A DNA stretch of 64,000 nt from an uncultured Thermoleophilia bacterium. GTDB taxonomy: Bacteria; Actinomycetota; Thermoleophilia; UBA2241. Each line of letters starts with the position of its first letter. Position 1 is the stretch's first letter. A program made the translations under genes and the position numbers. Where the stretch lies: contig CAVPCT010000002.1 in the NCBI GenBank assembly GCA_963702475.1, positions 160,001-224,000 of the forward strand. The letters are read 5' to 3'. This document shows positions 51,416-60,274 of the stretch, in pieces. The notes under the pieces were generated by a model. That model was not told the DNA's origin. It did no database searches and saw only the letters and a list, made by a program, of their open reading frames with translations.

Positions 51416-52659
51416 AGATCTACTTCACCATCTACCTGCTGCCGGTCGTCGTCCTCTCGCTGCTGGTGTTCTGGCTGGCGCTGCGGCGGCACGAGCGTGC
51501 CAGGCTCTGGTTCCTCATCGTGGTCTCGGTGGGCGCGCTGGCCGCGCTCAACCCTATCTTCGCAGCCATCGCCGTCGGCCTCGTAGCGCTCGCGCACCAG
51601 GTCGTGGAGCTCAAGCGGCGCGGTCGCTGGAGCGGGGGCCGCGTCGTCCTCGTCGCCGTGCTCGGCGCCGTCGTCACGCTGGCCATCGGCAAGTACGGCC
51701 AGTCTGGGGCCGAAGCCATCTGGGGCGGCGACGACTGGATCGTGAGCCGCCTCATCATGCCGCTCGGCATCAGCTACTTCGTGTTCCGCCTGCTGCAGTA
51801 CATGTTCGACTGCATGCGCGGGGTGATCCGGGAGAACTCGCTCCTGCGCCTGCTGGCGTTCGTCATGTTCATCCCCACGTTCCCGGCCGGCCCCCTGGAG
51901 ACCTATCAGGGGTTCTACGAGAAGCGCAGCTACAGCTTCGACCGCCAGCTCTTCTACTTCGGCCTGCGCCGCATCGCCCTCGGCTACTTCAAGAAGGTCT
52001 TCGTGGTGGACTTCCTGTTCACCATCTTCTTCAAGGGTGTCTTCGACGCGGTCAAGGCGGCACACCCGGACTGGGGCGGCATGGACGACCTGGTGCCGCT
52101 CGCCTACGTCATCCTGGTGTTCGTACGCGCCTACTTCGATCTCTCCGCCTACACCGACCTGGCTATCGGGTTCTCGGCGCTGTTCGGCTTCCGCATCATG
52201 GAGAACTTCCACCTGCCCTTCCTGCAGAAGAACCTCAGCGACTTCTGGCGGAGCTGGCACATCTCGCTCTCCACCTGGTGCCGCAACAACGTGTACTTCC
52301 CCGTGTTCGGGCTCACGCGCAAGGTGTGGCTGGGTCTGTACGCCAGCATGCTGACCATGGGTCTGTGGCACTGGGTGGACCTGCAGTGGTTCACCTGGGG
52401 CCTCTACCACGGCACCGGGCTCGTGGTGTTCTCGCGCTGGGAGCGCTGGAAGAAGGCCCGCAGAAAGGCGCGCAAGAAGGCGGGCCTGCCGCCGGCCGCC
52501 GGGTACGAGAGGTTCCTGGGCTGGATCGGCTACCCGGCCACGTTCCTGTACGTGGCGCTGGGCTACTCCTTCGTGGCGTCCCAGTCGTACCCCAAGGCCC
52601 TGGCGCTCTTCTGGCACGCGCTCATCGGCCCCATACTGTGGCTGGTGGGGTTGTTCTGA
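51412..52659 (+). CDS. MBOAT family O-acyltransferase (DltB/AlgI-like)
   Basis: KY, PLGISYF.F...Y..D, F.P...AGP, G.FKK, YFD.SAY.DLAIG, ENF..P, DFWRSWHISLSTW, GLWH catalytic His, WGLYHG. Confidence 0.94.
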   Translation: MKIYFTIYLLPVVVLSLLVFWLALRRHERARLWFLIVVSVGALAALNPIFAAIAVGLVALAHQVVELKRRGRWSGGRVVLVAVLGAVVTLAIGKYGQSGAEAIWGGDDWIVSRLIMPLGISYFVFRLLQYMFDCMRGVIRENSLLRLLAFVMFIPTFPAGPLETYQGFYEKRSYSFDRQLFYFGLRRIALGYFKKVFVVDFLFTIFFKGVFDAVKAAHPDWGGMDDLVPLAYVILVFVRAYFDLSAYTDLAIGFSALFGFRIMENFHLPFLQKNLSDFWRSWHISLSTWCRNNVYFPVFGLTRKVWLGLYASMLTMGLWHWVDLQWFTWGLYHGTGLVVFSRWERWKKARRKARKKAGLPPAAGYERFLGWIGYPATFLYVALGYSFVASQSYPKALALFWHALIGPILWLVGLF

Positions 52660-52679
52660 GCTCGGTAGGTGCCGTGGAT

Positions 52680-53867
52680 GTGAAGACTGCCTCAGGTGAG
52701 GAACGCGGGCCGGCGCGCTCGCGTCGCGACTCCTTTGCCGGCGGGTTCCGCCAGCGGAACCCGCTCGTGCTCGTCGTCGCGGTCGCGCTCGCCGGCCTGC
52801 TCGTCCTGGTGGCGCAGCAGGCGTTCGTGCTGGGCGCCTTCACGGCCGTCTCCGAGGGTCGTTTGTTGCGCATCGAGAACGACGACTACTTCCACCTCGC
52901 CTACAAGCTGGCCGAGCTGAAGCAGGACCCGCCGCAGGGGCCGACCCTGTACCTGTTCGGCGGGTCCGGCGCCATGGAGAGTATCGTGAGCCAGCGCTCG
53001 CTGGCGAAGCAGCTCGAGCGCGACGGGGCCGGCGATGTCAACGTCATCAGCCTGGCGGCGCACCGCGAGAGCCTCGCCGCCACGCTGGCGCTGATCGACA
53101 ACCTGCCCGCCGGCCAAGTCGCCCTCGCCGTCGGGCTTACGCCCATGCGGTTCACCATGGCGCCGGCGGAGGACGCCGGGCTGCTGGAGGGCAAGCCGAT
53201 CCTGGTCCACAGCCCGCGCCTCCAGGCCCTGGGTCCGGAGCTCTACGGCAGGAGCTCCCGGGTCTGGGGCCTGCTGCCCGGCATGTTCGACTACGCCGGG
53301 GCGTACATCCGCGAGCGCGCCGACGCGCCCTTCTGGGGCGTGCGCATCCCGTACGCGCACCACTACTGGCAGAAGGGCGAGACCGGCGCGCTCCCGCTCG
53401 CCAAGCGCCGCAACGTGCTCGCCGTGCTGGCGCGCGACCAGCGACTCTACGAGCAGAACGCCGACTACAACTTCCGGCTGCTCCGCGAGATCCTGCGGCT
53501 GGCGGAGGAGCGCGGCTTCGCCGTGGTGCTCTGGGATCAGCCGCTGAACGGCTCGGCCGCCGGCCCGGACTGGGCGGGCGTGGTGCCTGCCTATCGGGAG
53601 CGCGCGCAGGCGCTGGCCGACGAGGCGGGGGTGCCGTACATCCACCCCGGCGACATCGCCGGTCTGCAGGATGCCGACTTCGCCGACCTCTTCCACCTGC
53701 TCGACCACGGCCGCCTGAAGTGGCAGCCCTCGTTCTCGCAGCAGGTGACCGAGGCCATCCGGTTGCTCGGCGGCAGCGCCGTGGCCGTGCCGCAGGGTAT
53801 GGATCTGCCGGCACCGGCACCGGCGCCGTCACCCTCGCTCAGCCCGATCCTGCAGACCGGTCCCTGA
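52680..53867 (+). CDS. DltD/SGNH-like membrane-anchored acyltransferase B
   Basis: Paralog of 50318..51415 (RNPLVLVVA, LFGGSGA, DQPLN, FADLFHL...GR..WQ); Pro-rich tail. Start inferred. Confidence 0.72.
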   Translation: MKTASGEERGPARSRRDSFAGGFRQRNPLVLVVAVALAGLLVLVAQQAFVLGAFTAVSEGRLLRIENDDYFHLAYKLAELKQDPPQGPTLYLFGGSGAMESIVSQRSLAKQLERDGAGDVNVISLAAHRESLAATLALIDNLPAGQVALAVGLTPMRFTMAPAEDAGLLEGKPILVHSPRLQALGPELYGRSSRVWGLLPGMFDYAGAYIRERADAPFWGVRIPYAHHYWQKGETGALPLAKRRNVLAVLARDQRLYEQNADYNFRLLREILRLAEERGFAVVLWDQPLNGSAAGPDWAGVVPAYRERAQALADEAGVPYIHPGDIAGLQDADFADLFHLLDHGRLKWQPSFSQQVTEAIRLLGGSAVAVPQGMDLPAPAPAPSPSLSPILQTGP

Positions 53868-53902
53868 GCGTCGGGGGTGGCCCGGGCCGGCCGGCGCGCC
53901 CG

Positions 53903-54970
53903 TCAGGCTCTCGGCACGAAGCGCCCCGGCTCCCAGTCCTCAGCCAGGCGGCGAGTGACGGCGGCCGCCAGCAGGGCGCCGGCCTCGGCGTCGTCCGGCT
54001 GGATGACCTCGAGCGTGGAGTGCATGTTGCGCAGCGGGATGCTGTACGAGAGCGTCGCCGCAGTGCCGGAGGCCATGAACTCTTCGGCGTCGGTGGACGT
54101 GCGGCCGGGCATGGCCTTCACCTGGACCGGGATCCCCTCCTCTTCCGCCACCTCCTGCGCCACGCGCAGGAGGGCGTGGTTGCCGGCGGCGCCGCGGTGC
54201 AGCACCGGTCCGGCGCCGAGCTTGACCTCGCCGCCGATCTTCTTGGCATCGTTACCGGGGTCGTCGCTGGCGAAGTCAACGTCCACGACGATGATCACGT
54301 CGGGCCGCAGGCGCCGCGACGCGGCCTTGGCGCCCATGAATGTGGTCTCCTCGTGCACCGTGGCCAGCGCCGTCATGCGGGCCGCCGCTGGGGCGGCGGC
54401 GTAGTGCTCCAGGGCGCGCGCCGCGACGTAGACCCCGGCGCGGTCGTCGAAGCCCGGCGAGGCGTAGCGGCCGTTGCCGAGCTCCACGAACTTGGCCTCG
54501 AAGGTGATGGGGTCGCCGACGCGCACCTGCTCGAGCGCTTCTTCGTGCGTGGCCGCGCCGATGTCGATCCACTGGTCGTGCATCTCCGGGGCCTTGCCAC
54601 GCTCCTCGGGGGTCATCTTGTGGGAAGGTCGGCGACCGACGACGCCGTCCACCGGCCCTCCGGCTCCGTGCATCACCACGTGGCGGCCGGGCAGCAGACC
54701 CGGGTCCACGCCGCCGATCTTCTCGAACGAGATGAATCCGTGCTCGTCGATGTAGGTGACGATGAGCCCGATCTGGTCGCTGTGCGCGGTGACGACCACG
54801 TGCGGCGAGCCCTCGGGCTGCACCTCGGCCCACACATTGCCGAGCGGGTCGCCGTCGACTTCGGCGATGGGGGAGAGGCGCCGGCGTACGACCTCCTGGG
54901 CCGGCGCCTCGAAGCCGGTGGGGGCCGGCGCGGCGCACAGCTCGCGCAAGAAGTCGATGTCGGTCGGCAT
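53903..54970 (-). CDS. M42 family metallopeptidase
   Basis: APTGFE, D.LGN, AHSD, IGG, DIGA, DDRAG, VHEE, VDV, TDA, RNMHS; GGAGG SD. Confidence 0.92.
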   Translation of the reverse strand: MPTDIDFLRELCAAPAPTGFEAPAQEVVRRRLSPIAEVDGDPLGNVWAEVQPEGSPHVVVTAHSDQIGLIVTYIDEHGFISFEKIGGVDPGLLPGRHVVMHGAGGPVDGVVGRRPSHKMTPEERGKAPEMHDQWIDIGAATHEEALEQVRVGDPITFEAKFVELGNGRYASPGFDDRAGVYVAARALEHYAAAPAAARMTALATVHEETTFMGAKAASRRLRPDVIIVVDVDFASDDPGNDAKKIGGEVKLGAGPVLHRGAAGNHALLRVAQEVAEEEGIPVQVKAMPGRTSTDAEEFMASGTAATLSYSIPLRNMHSTLEVIQPDDAEAGALLAAAVTRRLAEDWEPGRFVPRA

Positions 54971-55299
54971 GACGTCCTCCGTGGTCGCAGCGAATGGGCG
55001 GGCGAGCCTCACGGCGGCCCGCCCGCATCCTATCGCACCGCGTCCGGGCGCTCCCCCGACGCGCTGGGAGCGGCTGGGGCGCCGCGGACGCAGGGCGCGC
55101 GGCGCACAGGACCCTTCCGCCGGCGGGCCCCTCATGGATGGTTGTATTCTGCAACGATCCATGAGGCGAGGCGAGGGTGACGTGGCCTGCCTGACGGTGA
55201 CATCTCGCCGTCTTCGGCAGGGGGCTGGGCACGCCTGCGCGCGTCGCGCGAACGCAGAGGCGGGCGGGGCGCTCCCCGGGCGGGCGCCCGCGTAGTAAG

Positions 55300-56982
55300 G
55301 TGTGCGGCATCGATCCGTCGCCCGGCACCCCCGCGCACCTCGCGCACCGCCGCCGCTCAGCGGCCCGCCGGCGCCAGCTCGCGCGGCGCCGCGGCGTGGC
55401 GCTGGCCGCGGCGCTCGTCGTCCTCGCCCTCATCGTCTGGCGCGCATCCGCCTGCGCCTGCGGCGGCGAGGACGGCGCCGGGCAGGCTGTGACCTACGGG
55501 CCGGTCCCGCCGGCGCCTGTGCCCTCGCTGACCGGCGACGGCGTCAAGGTCGGCACCTTTCTCGGCAATTACTCGCGCCGCTTCTACGGCCTCGGGCCGG
55601 TCCCCGAGCGCCTGGACGTGCTCTGGAAGGTCAAGCTGGGCGAGGGTTGGACGAGCGGCAAAGACGTCGAGGATCCGCCCAACCGATGGGCCGGCAGCGG
55701 CTGGACGGGCATGCCCAGCATCGTCGTCGACCAGGGCGGGACGTACGTGCTGGTCGGCGGGTACGACCATCGCCTTCGCCGCATCGACGCCGAGACCGGC
55801 GAGGAGGTGTGGCGGTACAAGTTCGACGACATCATCAAGAGCAGCCCGTCGGTGTTCAAGAACCCGGAGCCGGCTGGCGAGGATGACGCGTACATCGTCT
55901 GCGCCGGCTCGCGGCGCGGCTACCCTCTTGAGATCGACGACCCGACCGTGGCCCCGTATCGCGCCGTCACCTTCGGCAGCGGCAAGGAGCTGTGGCGCCT
56001 GCCGGTCGTGAAGACGGCCTCGTACAGCCGCGACGCCGACGGCAGCGGCTTCTTTCTCGACGGTCGCCAGTACATCGGCGTGGAGAGCGGCTGGTTCTAC
56101 GCGCTCGACCCGCTCGAGACCGAGGACTGGAACGGCCACAGGAAGCCCGTGGTCGAGGCGAAGCGCCTGCTGCTCGGCGACGACCGCGCCGCCGCGCACG
56201 ACGGCAATCTCGTGCTGGAGTCGTCGCCCTCGGTGCTCGGCAGCCGCATCTACATCGCCTCAGGCGCCGGTCACGTGTACGGTATGCGGCGCGGCGACCT
56301 GGCCGTACGGTGGGACTACTACGTCGGCTCCGACATCGACGGTACTGTCGTGCCGACGCGGCGGGGCAAGCTGCTCGTGCCGGTCGAGAAGCAGTACATC
56401 AAGGGCCACGGCGGCGTGTTGTGTCTCGACCCGGGCAAACCGCCGGAGCAGGCGACCGAGTGGTTCTTCCCGACGGACGAGCGCAGGGTCGGGGAGTGGC
56501 GCGGCGGCGTCGTCGGCTCGTGTGCTGTCAACGACGAGTACAACGCCGACGGGAGCCTGCCGGCGCTCGTCGCCTTCAACGCCATCGACGGCTTCACCCA
56601 CATCGTCTCGCAGGACCTCATGAGCACGCAGACGGTCAAGGGTCCCAACCTGGAGCCCGGCCTGCAGACGCCGGTCGAGGTCGCCAAGCTGTGGAACACC
56701 GGGGCCGTCTCCACGCCGCTGCTGTTCGACGACACCCTGATCACCGCCGCCTACGATCAGCGTGTACACCTGTACAAGCTCACCTTCACGCCGTCGGAGG
56801 AGGGCCTGGAGGGAGCGCTGCCGAGCGCCAACGGCGACGGGAGCTGGTGGCGCGTGAGCGTCACCGAGCAGGACCAGTTCTTCACCTCGGCCGGCTTCGA
56901 AAGCACGCCGACCCTGTGGGACGGCCGTGTGTACGTGGGGTGCCGAGACGGCTGGTTCTACTGCCTCGGCGACAAGCCATGA
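55300..56982 (+). CDS. Membrane-anchored PQQ/BamB-like beta-propeller repeat protein
   Basis: N-terminal TM helix, repeated DAETGEEVW / SGKELW / SSP motifs, and terminal STPTLWDGRVYVGCRDGWFYCL. Confidence 0.75.
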   Translation: MCGIDPSPGTPAHLAHRRRSAARRRQLARRRGVALAAALVVLALIVWRASACACGGEDGAGQAVTYGPVPPAPVPSLTGDGVKVGTFLGNYSRRFYGLGPVPERLDVLWKVKLGEGWTSGKDVEDPPNRWAGSGWTGMPSIVVDQGGTYVLVGGYDHRLRRIDAETGEEVWRYKFDDIIKSSPSVFKNPEPAGEDDAYIVCAGSRRGYPLEIDDPTVAPYRAVTFGSGKELWRLPVVKTASYSRDADGSGFFLDGRQYIGVESGWFYALDPLETEDWNGHRKPVVEAKRLLLGDDRAAAHDGNLVLESSPSVLGSRIYIASGAGHVYGMRRGDLAVRWDYYVGSDIDGTVVPTRRGKLLVPVEKQYIKGHGGVLCLDPGKPPEQATEWFFPTDERRVGEWRGGVVGSCAVNDEYNADGSLPALVAFNAIDGFTHIVSQDLMSTQTVKGPNLEPGLQTPVEVAKLWNTGAVSTPLLFDDTLITAAYDQRVHLYKLTFTPSEEGLEGALPSANGDGSWWRVSVTEQDQFFTSAGFESTPTLWDGRVYVGCRDGWFYCLGDKP

Positions 56983-57018
56983 GCGTGTGGGCCGGCCCCG
57001 CTGCCGCCGGCCGGTCCC

Positions 57019-58836
57019 TCAGGGCAGCAGTTTCTGCGCCGCGGCGACCGTACGCAGCGCCTCCTGCAGGGTGACGCGCGCCAAGGGCCGCAGCTTCTCG
57101 GTGTCGATGACGTTGTGCGGCGCGATGCCGCGACGGATGAGCTCCGCGTGGTGTTGCAGCCGCAACCTCGACATGCTCGCGTAGGCTTCGCTCAAGGCCC
57201 GTGCCGCGTCGGTATCGCCGGTCATGTGCTGCACCGACGCCAGGCGCTCCACAGTGCTGCCCGCTGAGATGCCCCTGGCGAACGCGTAGAAGCGCGCCAG
57301 GTTCTCCACGGGCAGCAGCCCGCTCTTCTTGATGTCGATGGGCCCCGTGAGGCGGCCACGGAACCCGAGCGGAGAGGGGATCTGCGAGGCCAGGTGCCCG
57401 AGGCCGCTGAGAAAGCCGCCGCGGCGCGGGGCCTGCCGCAGTATCCCGCTGAGCGGCGTGACGATGTCCAGTTCGCCGGCGACCCTGCGGAAGTCGAAGG
57501 CGATGCTGGCGCGCAGCAGGTGGTTCCAGTCCCACACCTCCAGGCAGCGCAAGAACACGCTCATCCAGTTCGTGCGGGTGAGGCGCCAGTGCGGGTCGCG
57601 GGCCAGCACGCCGGACTCGTCGTAGCTGAAGCCGCAGCGTGCGAGGCCCTCGTTGACGTCGCCGGCCATGGCTGCGAAGTAGGCGTCCGCCGCGGGGTCG
57701 TCGGTGTCCTCGTAGGCGAGGCCGTTGTCCTGGTCCGAAGCCAGTGTGAGCTCGTTACGGGCGCAGCTGCCGAGCGCCAGCCAGGCGAAGGCTGCGGGAG
57801 GCGGGCCGTGGCGGACGACGGCCAGGTCGATGAGGCGTGCGGTCATCGCGTCCATGAGCAAGGTGACGACGCGGGTGATCGCCGGTCCGTCGAGGCCTGC
57901 ATCCACGAGGCTCACGAAGAGGCCGGGAAGCTGCGTCGCGGCCTGCACCACGGCGTCTTCGTCGTGGGCCGTGGCGATCGTCCAGCGCAGGGCAAAGGGG
58001 CTCAGCGCGTCCAGGTTCATCAGGCTGCCGGCCGACACCACGCCGAGCACGCGCCCGTCGGGGCCCAGGACGGCGAGGTGGTTGACGTTCGCCGCCATCA
58101 TCTCGATGCTGGCCTGCGGCGCCAGGGTCTCGGCGCTCACGGTGCGCGCCGGGACCGTCGCGATCGAACTGACCGGCATGTCGCGCGGCAGGTCGCCGGC
58201 GACGACCTTGGAGCGCAGGTCGGCGTCGGTGACGATCCCCAGTCCCTGTGGCATCTCCACGAGCACGGCCGTGACGATCTCATCGTTCATCAGCTGTGCC
58301 ACCTTGCGCACCGTCATGTCCGGCGGGCAGAACACCGGCTCCCGCCTGATCAGCCTGGTGACCGGCACGGTGCGCACGTCGGGCAAGGCGTGCGCCGTCG
58401 CCGACGTGCGCAGCACGCGGTCGCGGAAGGTCTGCGCTATGAAGGCGGCTCCCTCCGGCCGGCCGAGGACCGCGACAGCCTCGTCGCGCGGCAGCACGTA
58501 GAGCGCGGAGTCCTCGCGGGCGCGCACGGTGAACTCGGGCGGCTGGCCGGAAAGGAGCGTGGGGTGGCCGAAGAGCTGGCCCTTGGTCACGAGGTCGACG
58601 ACCCTGTTCTTGTGGTCCAGTTCCATGGTGCCGTCGCGGACCACGTACAGATGCTCGCCCGGAGGGCCGTTCTCCACCAGCACCGCCTCGCCTCGCCCGA
58701 CGCGGGTCTCCCGTACCGCCGCCGCCACGCGTTCGAGGTCAGGGCGCGAGAGCGTGTCGAACGGGGGATAGCGGCCCAGGAACCGGGCGATCTCGCGGAC
58801 GTGGTCGTCCACCGCGCTTGTGCTGCTCGTCGTCAT
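57019..58836 (-). CDS. cNMP-like + CBS + DUF294 putative nucleotidyltransferase
   Basis: PPF..L, LYVVRDG (cNMP fold); GIVTDADLR (CBS); LGS.AR.E....SDQDNGL; DIKK.GL.P. Confidence 0.9.
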   Translation of the reverse strand: MTTSSTSAVDDHVREIARFLGRYPPFDTLSRPDLERVAAAVRETRVGRGEAVLVENGPPGEHLYVVRDGTMELDHKNRVVDLVTKGQLFGHPTLLSGQPPEFTVRAREDSALYVLPRDEAVAVLGRPEGAAFIAQTFRDRVLRTSATAHALPDVRTVPVTRLIRREPVFCPPDMTVRKVAQLMNDEIVTAVLVEMPQGLGIVTDADLRSKVVAGDLPRDMPVSSIATVPARTVSAETLAPQASIEMMAANVNHLAVLGPDGRVLGVVSAGSLMNLDALSPFALRWTIATAHDEDAVVQAATQLPGLFVSLVDAGLDGPAITRVVTLLMDAMTARLIDLAVVRHGPPPAAFAWLALGSCARNELTLASDQDNGLAYEDTDDPAADAYFAAMAGDVNEGLARCGFSYDESGVLARDPHWRLTRTNWMSVFLRCLEVWDWNHLLRASIAFDFRRVAGELDIVTPLSGILRQAPRRGGFLSGLGHLASQIPSPLGFRGRLTGPIDIKKSGLLPVENLARFYAFARGISAGSTVERLASVQHMTGDTDAARALSEAYASMSRLRLQHHAELIRRGIAPHNVIDTEKLRPLARVTLQEALRTVAAAQKLLP

Positions 58837-58895
58837 GAGTCATCGCCTCAGCGGAGCGAAGGATACCAGCCCTGCGCCGGCGTGCATACGTCCGT

Positions 58896-59660
58896 TCACG
58901 GGAGGAGTCCCCGGGCGTTGAGGTAGGCGATGCTGGCCTCCACGTCCAGCGGGGTCGTGTGTTCGATCACGACGCGAGCGCCGCAGGCGCGCACCACGGC
59001 CATGACGGCCTCGACGTCCACGTCGCCGGCACCCAGAGGCAGGTGTTCGTCGCCTCCCGCCGCGCCGTGGTTGTCGTGGAGGTGCACGTGGCGCAGCGGC
59101 GCCTGCGGGTCCGCGAGCCAGGCGTCCAGCGTGCCCGAGACGGAAGCGTGGCCGACGTCGAGCCCCACACCCAGCCCGCACAGGTCCACGTCGCCCGGGG
59201 CCACGAAGTGCGAGAGCCCGGGCACGGGCATGTTCTCCACCACGACGAGCACGCCGGACTCCTCCTGCAGCTCGCGCAGCTCGCAGAGCGAGCGCTGGAG
59301 GGCCGCGACCACCTCCGGCCGTCGCGGCCCCGGCCGCCGCTGCCTGTCGGGGTGGACGAGGTACGTGGTGGCCCCGAGTGCGGCCGCGACTTTGAGGTGA
59401 CGGCGGTGCAGTTCCACGCCGGCCCGCCGCCTCTGCTCGTCGAGGCTCCCCAGGTCGACGCGGAAGAACGGGCCGTGGACGCTGAAGGGCAGGCCGGCCG
59501 CGGCCACAGCGCGCACGTTGTCCAGGTCGAGGAGCGAGTGCTCGCGGTACGAGGTGACCTCGGCGGCGCGCGCCAGCTCCCTGATGGCGAGCAACGCCGC
59601 GGCGAGCGGAAGGTGCGCGTAGGCGCCGGTGGAGATCGCGATGTCGGGCAGTCGCATCAC
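58896..59660 (-). CDS. Sugar phosphate isomerase/epimerase (AP endonuclease 2 TIM-barrel) family protein
   Basis: SVHGPF, VHP, VENM, LDVGHA, HVHLHDN.G..DEH, IE. Confidence 0.87.
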   Translation of the reverse strand: MMRLPDIAISTGAYAHLPLAAALLAIRELARAAEVTSYREHSLLDLDNVRAVAAAGLPFSVHGPFFRVDLGSLDEQRRRAGVELHRRHLKVAAALGATTYLVHPDRQRRPGPRRPEVVAALQRSLCELRELQEESGVLVVVENMPVPGLSHFVAPGDVDLCGLGVGLDVGHASVSGTLDAWLADPQAPLRHVHLHDNHGAAGGDEHLPLGAGDVDVEAVMAVVRACGARVVIEHTTPLDVEASIAYLNARGLLP

Positions 59661-59756
59661 CGTCGCTCCAGTATGGCACCGGTGCGCCGGCCGTGGGTGT
59701 GCCGGCCGGTGCGGCCTGGGCCGGCCCGGCCCCCCTGGCCGCGACTGCTGCGTCGC

Positions 59757-60178
59757 TCAGGAGCGAGCGTAGACGGCGACGCGGTCCTCGCCGTGCTGCC
59801 TGGCCTCGTAGAGGGCCGTGTCGGCCTTGAGCACGAGGTCTTCGGCCGTGCCGGCGTGGCGCTGCAGGGTGGCCACCCCGATGCTTGTGGTGAGGCCGGA
59901 CCACGCACTGCCGCCGAGCCTCGCGCCCGTCGATGACCTGCTGGAAGTCGGGGATCTCCTGCAGCGCGGGCCGTGAGCAGTCGCGAACAGAGGGCGAGGG
60001 CGCGCAGGGCTTCGCGCTCGGGCAGGTAGTCGTAGACACAGCACTCGTGACAGTCGAGCGCCTGCGCGAGCTGCTCGGCCACCACCGCGAGGGTGTCGGC
60101 GAGGATGTCGTCCCCGAACTCACTCGCCGCAATGGCGAACGCGTTGGTCTCGGCGCGGATGTCACCGGCGGGTCTCAT
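59757..60178 (-). pseudogene. Eroded GAF-GGDEF diguanylate cyclase remnant
   Basis: A GAF-like start (L.VVAEQLAQALDCHECCVYDY) and a GGDEF C-terminus (LTTSIGVA...ADTALYEARQHGEDRV) lie in different frames; the catalytic core is missing. Confidence 0.7.
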
Positions 60179-60274
60179 CGTCACTCGCTGTCCTGCATCG
60201 GCATGCTGAGCGCCTCGATGCATGGAGCGGTTGCTTTGGGGCAAACGTTTACGCGCACTTTGAGAACGACGATG

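Noticed and set aside
47369-53900. Acylation operon as a tRNA-Leu-integrated genomic island
   Set aside because: No integrase and no clear duplicated tRNA 3' end (att site) found downstream; composition resembles the flanks.
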